Shown here: positions 35,707 through 42,534 of the stretch, in pieces
Numbering within the stretch: position 1 is the first letter of the stretch
How the letters are laid out: each line of letters begins with the position of its first letter
Source: a virus
Taxonomy: Duplodnaviria > Caudoviricetes
DNA: 42,534 bases
Virus record (IMG/VR): IMGVR_UViG_3300024246_000045
Coordinates: 1-42,534 of that record
Reading direction: 5' to 3' (one strand)
Made by a program: the position numbers and the translations under genes
The notes under the pieces: generated by a model
Told to the model about the DNA's origin: nothing
Seen by the model: the letters and a program-made list of their open reading frames with translations, nothing else
Database searches by the model: none

Positions 35707-36209
35707 AACGCCTTCTGTTTGCCGCGATCGCGGCGCTGGTTTTCTCCACATCCGCATCCGCGCAAACGTCAAACTGTTTTGTCCCTTTTGAATGGTGCCA
35801 AACCGGCTGTCCAACGATAGCCGGCTACTCGATCCAGACCTTCGCGACGATGCCCGACGCGCTGGCGTTCGTCGCCTCGCTCGACAACGTCCAGCAGCAA
35901 ACCGTTCGCGTCACGACGTTCCAAGCCTTCAGCAGACACGTTGCCGTGCTGTACCGCGTTCTCGTCGGTGACACACAGCAAGTTTCGGCGCCGGTTGGAA
36001 TGTGCCCAACGTACACCGCCCTGGTGACCGGCTACGCCGCGATCGAGACGGCCGAGGCCGAGCTCAATCGCCTCCCTCTCGATCAGCGCTTCACGGCGTC
36101 GGTAATCGCCGTTCCGCCCGTACCTCTCAACGATTCGAACACACGCGCGCTTCTGATCGTGCTGCGGGGACCGCTCGGTGGAGTGACCGACGATGGGAGC
36201 GCGCGATGA
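35703..36209 (+). CDS. Secreted protein
   Basis: Signal peptide MKRLLFAAIAALVFSTSASA-Q. Confidence 0.7.
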   Translation: MKRLLFAAIAALVFSTSASAQTSNCFVPFEWCQTGCPTIAGYSIQTFATMPDALAFVASLDNVQQQTVRVTTFQAFSRHVAVLYRVLVGDTQQVSAPVGMCPTYTALVTGYAAIETAEAELNRLPLDQRFTASVIAVPPVPLNDSNTRALLIVLRGPLGGVTDDGSAR

Positions 36210-36613
36210 GCGCCGCCCTGGCGCCGGTCGCTGCCGGCAAACCGTCGATCAAGATCCTCGGTAACCCGAGGTTCCTCATGAACCTGCTGCACCCCGATGA
36301 CATCTTGCCGTTCATCGAGGTCGGGTTCACGGTCGACGGGATGTATCCCACGGTGATCATCCAGAACGTTCGCACCAATGGCGGCCAGGGCGGCTGGACA
36401 CAGACGCCGCTGGACATCGCGGCCCGCATCAGCGCGGCAACCCTGTGCGCCATCGTCGCCGCAATCGGTGAGGAAGAGACCGAAACGAAGGTCGGCCAAG
36501 TGATGGAGCGCGCGGTCGCCGCGATCCCGATGCATCTCTTGCCACAACTCAGCGAGGCCGCAAGTCATATCGCAATCGCGGCCATGAAGCGCACGGAGAA
36601 CGGACACCTGTAA
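36206..36613 (+). CDS. Hypothetical protein
   Basis: ATG 36206 overlaps the upstream TGA; GGGAG SD. Confidence 0.6.
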   Translation: MSAALAPVAAGKPSIKILGNPRFLMNLLHPDDILPFIEVGFTVDGMYPTVIIQNVRTNGGQGGWTQTPLDIAARISAATLCAIVAAIGEEETETKVGQVMERAVAAIPMHLLPQLSEAASHIAIAAMKRTENGHL

Positions 36614-36711
36614 CCGCCTGCGTCTGCGCCGCGGGCCGGGAAGGCTCGCGGCGCAGAGCGGAGGTTGTTCGCCAAAGGAACGACCCGAAATCAAAGAAGG
36701 AGGAAAGGCTC

Positions 36712-37263
36712 ATGTCCACCAAAGCAACCGCCAAGAACGCCGCCACACCAGCCGGCCTCACCGTCGTTGCCAAACTCACGGAAGCCTACGCCGACGCGCA
36801 CCACGCCCTCGCTGCGCGCGTTCGGATTCTCGACGATGAGATGCGCGCCTCGAAGAACAAGCACCTGCGCGCGATCATCGTTCTCGCCGCCGCCGCGAAG
36901 ACGGCGCACTCTCGCCTGGAGGCTTCGCTCGAGGAGAACAAGGCGGAGTTCGCCAAGCCGAAAACACGGACGTTCTTCGGCATCCAGGTCGGCTTCCGCA
37001 AGCGCGTCGGAACGCTGGAGTGGGACGACGATGAGAGCGTCGTCGCGCTCATCAAGAAGCACTTCGCGAACCTCACCCGTGTGCTGATCAAGACGACCGA
37101 GAAGCCGGTTGCTGATGCGATCGGAAAGCTCCCTGCTACCGACGTCAAGAAACTCGGGATCACGGTCGGTGAAGACACCGACATCGTCGTGATCAAGAGC
37201 ACCGACAGCGACGTCGACAAGATGGTCGACGCGCTGATGAAAGAAACGGGAGGGGCCGAGTGA
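36712..37263 (+). CDS. gam: Mu Gam-like host-nuclease inhibitor (DNA end protection)
   Basis: Coiled coil then [26 protein letters not shown]...A and LGI.V..D; strong AAGGAGG SD. Confidence 0.85.
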   Translation: MSTKATAKNAATPAGLTVVAKLTEAYADAHHALAARVRILDDEMRASKNKHLRAIIVLAAAAKTAHSRLEASLEENKAEFAKPKTRTFFGIQVGFRKRVGTLEWDDDESVVALIKKHFANLTRVLIKTTEKPVADAIGKLPATDVKKLGITVGEDTDIVVIKSTDSDVDKMVDALMKETGGAE

Positions 37264-37481
37264 TGGACTCCAGAACTGGCGAGATCATGGAGCACACCGA
37301 GCTACTGCGAAAGCTCGGACCTGACTTCGATCGCTTCGCAAAGAAGACCGACGTGCGTGCGCTGTCGGCGCGGCATCGCCGCATTCTCAACGACACAGGC
37401 CGGGTGAAGATCGGGCGCAACGATCCATGCGCATGCGGTAGCGGCAAGAAGTTCAAGAAGTGCTGCTACACGCGAGGGTGA
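37260..37481 (+). CDS. Standalone SEC-C zinc-binding motif protein
   Basis: [20 protein letters not shown]. Confidence 0.88.
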   Translation: MMDSRTGEIMEHTELLRKLGPDFDRFAKKTDVRALSARHRRILNDTGRVKIGRNDPCACGSGKKFKKCCYTRG

Positions 37482-37488
37482 AGCGGGC

Positions 37489-37743
37489 ATGGCACACACC
37501 GTTCCATTCAGTCCGCTCGAGCGGGATCTCTTCGGCGCGATCGTGGCGTGCGAGACGGTCGCGTACCACACGCTCGCCGCTCGCTTCGAGGAGCAAATCG
37601 CTAAGGAGCTGCTCGAGCGGACGTTGGAACGGTGGCAGCGCTCCGGCCTTGTCGTCGTATTCAAGTCGTCAACCTGCTCGCATGTCTCGATCACGCGCGA
37701 AGGCGTGAAGGTGTGGGAGGTCGCCGATGGCGATCGACGTTAA
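37489..37743 (+). CDS. Small winged-helix-like hypothetical protein
   Basis: L..W.RSGLV...VSITREG pattern. Confidence 0.5.
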   Translation: MAHTVPFSPLERDLFGAIVACETVAYHTLAARFEEQIAKELLERTLERWQRSGLVVVFKSSTCSHVSITREGVKVWEVADGDRR

Positions 37744-38014
37744 CCTTTCGGCGCACGTCCTCGCCATCCTGGCCGTCGTGGTGGACCGGAACGGCGATGC
37801 CACACTCCAGACCCTGCGTGAGTCGATCGACCCGTGCACGTTTAGCGTTGAGGCTTCCGACCTCGTCGACGGCCTGCAACTGTTGCTCGATCGCGATCTG
37901 GTTTTCAGGCGCGGCGACAAGAAACGCTACGTCTACGTGCCCAGCCCGGCCGGCACCGCGGTTCTCCGCGCATGGATTCACCCGGCAGGCAACACGTTGG
38001 AGAGCTTGGCGTGA
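37727..38014 (+). CDS. Small winged-helix-like hypothetical protein
   Basis: LQLLLDRDLV.R..KRYVY..S.AG pattern; GGAGG SD. Confidence 0.55.
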   Translation: MAIDVNLSAHVLAILAVVVDRNGDATLQTLRESIDPCTFSVEASDLVDGLQLLLDRDLVFRRGDKKRYVYVPSPAGTAVLRAWIHPAGNTLESLA

Positions 38015-38391
38015 CCGGGCCGCTCGCGACTCCCGTCGCCGTCACGCCGCAGGATCGCTCGAAGATCGATCGCGTGCTCGAGGTGATCTCAGAGCATCGA
38101 GGCAGCGAGAACCCGATCCGCGGCTGCCAGGTCGCGAAATTGACGGGCGTATCCGAGCGCGACGTTCAGGCGATCGTTAAATACCTCGGCGAAGAGCGCG
38201 GCGTTCCGATCGGATCGAAGACCTCGGCGCCGTGGGGCTACTACATCGTCGTCGATGAGGCCGAGCTCACCGCCAACTTCCAACAGCTAAAGCGCCGCGC
38301 GGCGTCGACCTGGCGCCACGCCCGCGCATTCCTGCGCCCCTCGATCGTAGGACCGATCGTCGGGCAACGGGAGATTGAGGACAAGCGATGA
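38011..38391 (+). CDS. Winged-helix DNA-binding protein
   Basis: H.G.ENPI....VA..TGVSERDVQAIV..L...G.PIGS....GYY motif of phage wHTH proteins. Confidence 0.72.
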   Translation: MTGPLATPVAVTPQDRSKIDRVLEVISEHRGSENPIRGCQVAKLTGVSERDVQAIVKYLGEERGVPIGSKTSAPWGYYIVVDEAELTANFQQLKRRAASTWRHARAFLRPSIVGPIVGQREIEDKR

Positions 38392-38582
38392 CCTGGCCTT
38401 CCTCAACCAGCCAGCATCCCGACATGGTTTCAATCGAAACCATGGACGACGATCGGCTCGCTGCTGAACTGCGGCGCTGCCGCGACAGGTACCAGACGTC
38501 GTTCGTTCGCACCCGCGTCAGATCGATCACGACGGAGATTCTTCGCCGGCAAAAGGCAAACCGAGGAGGTGAGAACCTATGA
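38388..38582 (+). CDS. Hypothetical protein
   Basis: ATGA coupling; GAGG SD. Confidence 0.45.
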   Translation: MTWPSSTSQHPDMVSIETMDDDRLAAELRRCRDRYQTSFVRTRVRSITTEILRRQKANRGGENL

Positions 38583-38727
38583 AGAAGTGATGCGAAATCT
38601 GCCGTCTACCGCACTCTTGAGTCATCGCACCGGGGAAGGGGATCTCAAAACAGGCGGATCGCGGCAGATCGACCGGCGGTGGCGCGCCGATCCTGATGAG
38701 CAGCCACAAAAAAGACGAACAAAACCC

Positions 38728-39489
38728 ATGTCCACCGATCGCGTTATCAACCAGTTGCGCAAGCTGATTGCACATCAACGGAGCGCAGAGAAGATTGGCA
38801 GCCTGGCCGAGGCCGCGGCGTTCGCCACGACGATCCAACGGTTACTTGAGAAACATCATCTCGAGCTATCTGACGTCGATGTTGCCGCCACGGATGAAGT
38901 AGGTGAGGAGCGTTGGGAAGCCGCTCCGTTTGGGCTCCCTCGCCGGCGCACAGGTTGGTTAGAGCGCATCGCATTGGCTGTAGCTCATACGCACTTTTGC
39001 CGACTGATTGTGATTCCTGGCTTGAGTTCGTTCTACCTCGTCGGGCGCGCCGCGGATCGCGAGGTGGCATCCTTTATGGTCGTCTACCTCTCACGTGCCG
39101 GGCGTTCGCTATGTGATGCCGAGTTGGCGATCTCGAAACGGGCAAACCGGAAACTTCGAACGGCCGCGTGGCGTAACTCGTTTCTCTTTTCGTTCGCAAC
39201 TGAGATCGCACTGCGTCTGTTTGCCCTAAAGAACAGTCGGCTTTCGACCTACGGAGAGACTGGACTCGTTGTGCTCAACCGCGCGGACTCTGACGCTGCT
39301 GCTTTTGTCTCGAATCGACCTGGGACGAAGCAGTGCAAAGCGCTCGATCGAGCCAACAACTTCTCCCGCACTGGCGCCGCACTCGGTCGTTTTCACGGAC
39401 GTCGCCTGAACCTCGGCGTGCGGCCTGTTGGTACCGGCCGCACGCCGCTGGCACTTCCCGCTGCACCTACCGATGGAGATGGACGATGA
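38728..39489 (+). CDS. DUF2786-domain protein
   Basis: I..LRKL.......EAAA...IQRLLEKH.L and R.SF..F...I..RL motifs; start may instead be 38590. Confidence 0.8.
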   Translation: MSTDRVINQLRKLIAHQRSAEKIGSLAEAAAFATTIQRLLEKHHLELSDVDVAATDEVGEERWEAAPFGLPRRRTGWLERIALAVAHTHFCRLIVIPGLSSFYLVGRAADREVASFMVVYLSRAGRSLCDAELAISKRANRKLRTAAWRNSFLFSFATEIALRLFALKNSRLSTYGETGLVVLNRADSDAAAFVSNRPGTKQCKALDRANNFSRTGAALGRFHGRRLNLGVRPVGTGRTPLALPAAPTDGDGR

Positions 39490-39920
39490 TCACCGACCGG
39501 CAGAAGGCGATGTTGCACGTCGCAAAGGCGAAGCTCGGCCTCGACGACGACAGCTATCGCGCTCTCCTCACCGCGGAAGCCGGCGTTTCCTCTTCAAACG
39601 ATCTCGACAACCAGGGCCTCAATCGCGTCCTGAAACGCCTGGGTAAGATGGGCTTCACGAATACGGCGCACAAGCCCCTTCGGCGACAACCAAAAGGGCT
39701 CGTCACTCCTGAACAGCAGGCCACGATCGCGGCCAACTATCGTGAGCTGACACGCCTGACGAACGGATACGACACGTTCGCCAAACAGACCGGTTTCAAT
39801 CATCGCTGCTGCGGCAAAGCGATCCCTCAAACCCGCGCCGACGCCATCAAGGTGATCGAAGGTCAAAAGGCGATCATCGCGCGCGAGAGTTCACAGGCTT
39901 CCGATCTGTTATTCGCATGA
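39486..39920 (+). CDS. gemA: Regulatory protein GemA (Mu gp16/DUF1018)
   Basis: LHVAKAKLGLDDDSYRALL...G..SS.DL...L..L...GF and A.KVIEG.K motifs. Confidence 0.9.
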   Translation: MITDRQKAMLHVAKAKLGLDDDSYRALLTAEAGVSSSNDLDNQGLNRVLKRLGKMGFTNTAHKPLRRQPKGLVTPEQQATIAANYRELTRLTNGYDTFAKQTGFNHRCCGKAIPQTRADAIKVIEGQKAIIARESSQASDLLFA

Positions 39921-39929
39921 CGAGCACGC

Positions 39930-40158
39930 CACGCCGCTTCCGCTGATCAGATGGTGAACCCGGTGCCGTTCCGCGCGAGAACTTCCCGCAACCCACGCTG
40001 CGGTCACGACTTCGCCGATCAGCGGAAGCGGCGTGCACTACTTCCGCTGACTCTGCCGGTAGAAGCGACGCTTCAACGGCCCCGGAATGTGCCTTCAACG
40101 GCCGTTACAGGCGGGTCTGCGGCCCATTTGGTCGAGTGCCCGCTACTTCCGCTGATCG
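39930..40158. repeat. Candidate transposase-binding sites at the phage end
   Basis: CTTCCGCTGA at 39937, 40041 and 40146 (+) and 40019-40028 (-); 19-bp perfect inverted repeat 39930-39948/40017-40035; CTTCAACGGCC at 40071 and 40093. Confidence 0.65.
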
Positions 40159-40188
40159 CCTCAGCGCGGCCCGTTTTGCCGCAAAGCA

Positions 40189-40237
40189 TGCCCGATGTGC
40201 CCGATGTGCCCGATGTGCCCGATGTGCCCGATGTGCC
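40189..40237. repeat. 9-bp tandem repeat (TGCCCGATG) x5 plus a partial unit
   Basis: Five exact copies at 40189-40233 followed by TGCC. Confidence 0.93.
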
Positions 40238-40374
40238 ATACACTTAGCTCGCCCGTCCGTCCATGTCCGTCATTGTTCGTCATTCCGCAGGGGTTTCGCG
40301 TCCTCACAGCCGCGCGGCCGGTTCTTGCTAAACAACCGATAACCGATAACCCGCGACCGCGATACCCTTTCCCC

Positions 40375-42534
40375 GTGCCCGAGAAGATCCGCCGCTACAC
40401 GCTCAAGAAGGAACCCAAGCCGCAGAAGCAGTATCGCGTCCGATACGAAGACGAGCTGAATCAGGAACAGCTCGACGTGGTCATGGCCGGCGAGGGGCCG
40501 ATGCTGGTCATCGCCGGCGCGGGCAGCGGCAAGACGCGCGCGCTGACCTATCGCGTCTCGCGCCTCATCGAAGACGGCGTCGACCCCTCGGACATCCTCC
40601 TCCTCACCTTCACGAACAAGGCGGCGCGCGAGATGCTCAGCCGCGTCGAGCAGCTAGTCACCATCGACACGCGGCGCATCTGGGGCGGCACGTTTCACTC
40701 CATCGGAAACCGCCTGCTGCGCCAGCATGCGGCCACGATCGGCTACCGATCCAGCTTCACCATCCTCGACGCCGAGGACGCCAAGGAGATGATGGAATCG
40801 GCCATTTCCTCTCTCGGGATCAACACCCTGGAGAAGCGTTTTCCGAAGGGCGACGTCCTCATCGACATCTACTCCTACCTGATCAACACCCGCACGCCGC
40901 TGGAGCTGCACCTCGAGAACAACTATCCGCACTTCGGCATCTATCGCGACGAGATGATCAACGTCTTCCGCCGCTACAAAGAGCGGAAGCGCGAAGCGAA
41001 TGCAATGGATTTCGACGACCTGCTGGTCAACTGGAAGCTGCTGCTGGACGACTATCCGGACGCCGGCGCGGCGCTGCAGCGGCGCTATCGATACATCCTC
41101 GTCGACGAATACCAGGACACGAACAAACTGCAGGCCGAGGTCGTCGACGCCATGGCCGCGGTGCGGCGCAACGTCATGGTCGTCGGCGACGACGCCCAAT
41201 CGATCTACTCCTTTCGCGGCGCGTCGTTCGAAAACATCATCACCTTTCCGCTCCGATTCCCCGAGGCGAAGATCTACAAGCTGGAGACTAACTACCGTTC
41301 CACGCGCCAGATCCTCAGCCTCGCCAACGCCTCGATCGCGCAGAACCGCTTCCAGTTCCGCAAGGAATTGCAGGCCGTACGCGGCGACGGGCCCGACCCG
41401 GCGGTGGTCGGCGTCGACGACGTGTTCGAACAAGCCTCCTTCATCGCCCAGCGCATCCTGGAGCTGCGCGACGAGGGCGAGAGCCTCGGCGAGATCGCCG
41501 TGCTCTATCGCTCGCACTACCAGTCGCTCGAGCTGCAGATGGAGCTCTCCCGCCGCCTGATCCCCTACGAGATCCGCTCGGGGGTCCGTTTCTTCGAGCA
41601 GGCGCACATCAAGGATGTGATCGCCTATCTGAAGATCGTCACCAACTCGCGCGACGAGCTCTCGTGGAAACGCGTGATGAAGCTTTACCCGAAGGTGGGC
41701 GAAAAGACGGCGGCGGAGGTGTGGGGAAGGATCGGGACGGCGCAGGATCCGTTGCAGGCGTTCCTGAACAGTGCCGGGACAGTCGCTTCCGCGTCCGGCG
41801 GACGCCCGCGCACCCCGGTCCTGAAGGGTCTTCGCGACGTTCTCTCCATCATCGGCAGCGAGTCGATGCAGCACAACCCGTCGGAATCGATCCGGCTCGT
41901 CGTCGAGCGCGGCTACGCCGACTACGCGCGCTCGAAATTCGCCAACGTCCAGGCGCGGCTCGACGATCTGGAGCAACTGTCCCAATACGCCTTGCGCTAC
42001 GACGATACCAACGCCTTCCTTGACGAGGTCGCGCTGGCCAATCCGATCGCCGGCGAGGACGTCGCCGTGGTCGGCCCCGAGGACGAGAAGATCGTGCTGT
42101 CGTCCGTGCACCAGGCCAAAGGGCTGGAGTGGCGCATCGTCTTCGTCATCTGGCTCGCCGACGGCCGCTTCCCGTCGCAACGTGCCCTGCGTGTCCCCGG
42201 CGGCATCGTGCGCGTGAAGCCGAAGGAGCTGCACGCCGCCTTCGAGCTGACGGACGCGCTGGTCCGCGGAACCACCGAGTTGGCCATAGAGGAAATGCCG
42301 GCCGAGATCGTCGACGATGCCGCGCCGGCCGAGCACGAGATCGTCATCCCGGGCGAAGAAGAAGAGCGCCGCCTTTTCTACGTCGCCGTCACCCGCGCCA
42401 AACAGGAGCTCTATCTCGTCTCCCCGGTGATGGCCCGCGACCGCGGCGGGCTCGACGTGCTCATGGAACCGTCGCGCTTCATCCGCGAGCTGCCCGGCGA
42501 TTCGTACGAGAAGTGGGTGATCGGGACCGAGTGA
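40375..42534 (+). CDS. UvrD/PcrA/Rep-family ATP-dependent DNA helicase (host gene)
   Basis: IAGAGSGKT, LLTFTNKAA, GTFH, VDEYQD, VGDDAQSIYSFRGA, NYRS, HQAKGLEW and EERRLFYVAVTRAK; start at GTG 40375 chosen because the upstream in-frame extension is repeat-derived. Confidence 0.96.
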   Translation: MPEKIRRYTLKKEPKPQKQYRVRYEDELNQEQLDVVMAGEGPMLVIAGAGSGKTRALTYRVSRLIEDGVDPSDILLLTFTNKAAREMLSRVEQLVTIDTRRIWGGTFHSIGNRLLRQHAATIGYRSSFTILDAEDAKEMMESAISSLGINTLEKRFPKGDVLIDIYSYLINTRTPLELHLENNYPHFGIYRDEMINVFRRYKERKREANAMDFDDLLVNWKLLLDDYPDAGAALQRRYRYILVDEYQDTNKLQAEVVDAMAAVRRNVMVVGDDAQSIYSFRGASFENIITFPLRFPEAKIYKLETNYRSTRQILSLANASIAQNRFQFRKELQAVRGDGPDPAVVGVDDVFEQASFIAQRILELRDEGESLGEIAVLYRSHYQSLELQMELSRRLIPYEIRSGVRFFEQAHIKDVIAYLKIVTNSRDELSWKRVMKLYPKVGEKTAAEVWGRIGTAQDPLQAFLNSAGTVASASGGRPRTPVLKGLRDVLSIIGSESMQHNPSESIRLVVERGYADYARSKFANVQARLDDLEQLSQYALRYDDTNAFLDEVALANPIAGEDVAVVGPEDEKIVLSSVHQAKGLEWRIVFVIWLADGRFPSQRALRVPGGIVRVKPKELHAAFELTDALVRGTTELAIEEMPAEIVDDAAPAEHEIVIPGEEEERRLFYVAVTRAKQELYLVSPVMARDRGGLDVLMEPSRFIRELPGDSYEKWVIGTE

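Larger units (their letters stand above)
1..40188. mobile_element. Mu-like transposable prophage with a siphovirus-type tail and divergent early/late arms; left part truncated by the window
   Basis: DDE transposase, MuB, Gam, GemA, DUF935 portal, MuF, gpI protease and gp36/gpG/gp37-like neck genes; the right boundary is inferred from a repeat cluster and a CA dinucleotide before the host helicase. Confidence 0.93.

Noticed and set aside
38693-38725. CTGATGAG...CGAA resembling a hammerhead ribozyme core
   Set aside because: It lacks GAAA and a pairable stem II
40334-40351. Short AACCGAT tandem repeat upstream of the helicase
   Set aside because: Only about 2.5 copies; probably host low-complexity intergenic sequence with no supportable function
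40195-40374. N-terminal MCPMCPMCP extension of the helicase ORF
   Set aside because: It is simply the translation of the 9-bp tandem repeat; helicase-like sequence begins near GTG 40375

Overview
Positions 1 to about 40.19 kb are a high-GC, Mu-like (transposable) prophage that runs off the left edge of the window. It is followed by a host UvrD/PcrA-family helicase gene (40375-42534). The layout is divergent. Late genes read leftward on the minus strand from about 26.2 kb: secreted and membrane proteins, DNA methylase, terminase, DUF935 portal, MuF, protease/scaffold, capsid, neck and a non-contractile tail. Early genes read rightward on the plus strand from 29.2 kb: Cro-like HTH, MuA transposase, MuB, Gam and GemA. 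They end in a repeat-rich candidate phage terminus. The most striking element is the central immunity operon: XRE repressor, then a TPR-like protein, then a 60-aa secreted propeptide with repeated C-terminal motifs, then a terminator. This resembles an RRNPP/arbitrium/Rap-Phr-type peptide communication module wired to the lysis-lysogeny switch, here in a Mu-like phage of a probably non-Firmicute host. Other notable signals are SD-sequestering RNA hairpins, a Xis/BldC-like HTH gene abutting a 9-bp direct-repeat array upstream of the late operon, a fatty-acid-hydroxylase-family gene inside the neck operon, a frameshift that fuses TerS to TerL, and a MuB lacking its Walker A lysine. All family assignments come from motif recognition and synteny, not from database searches.
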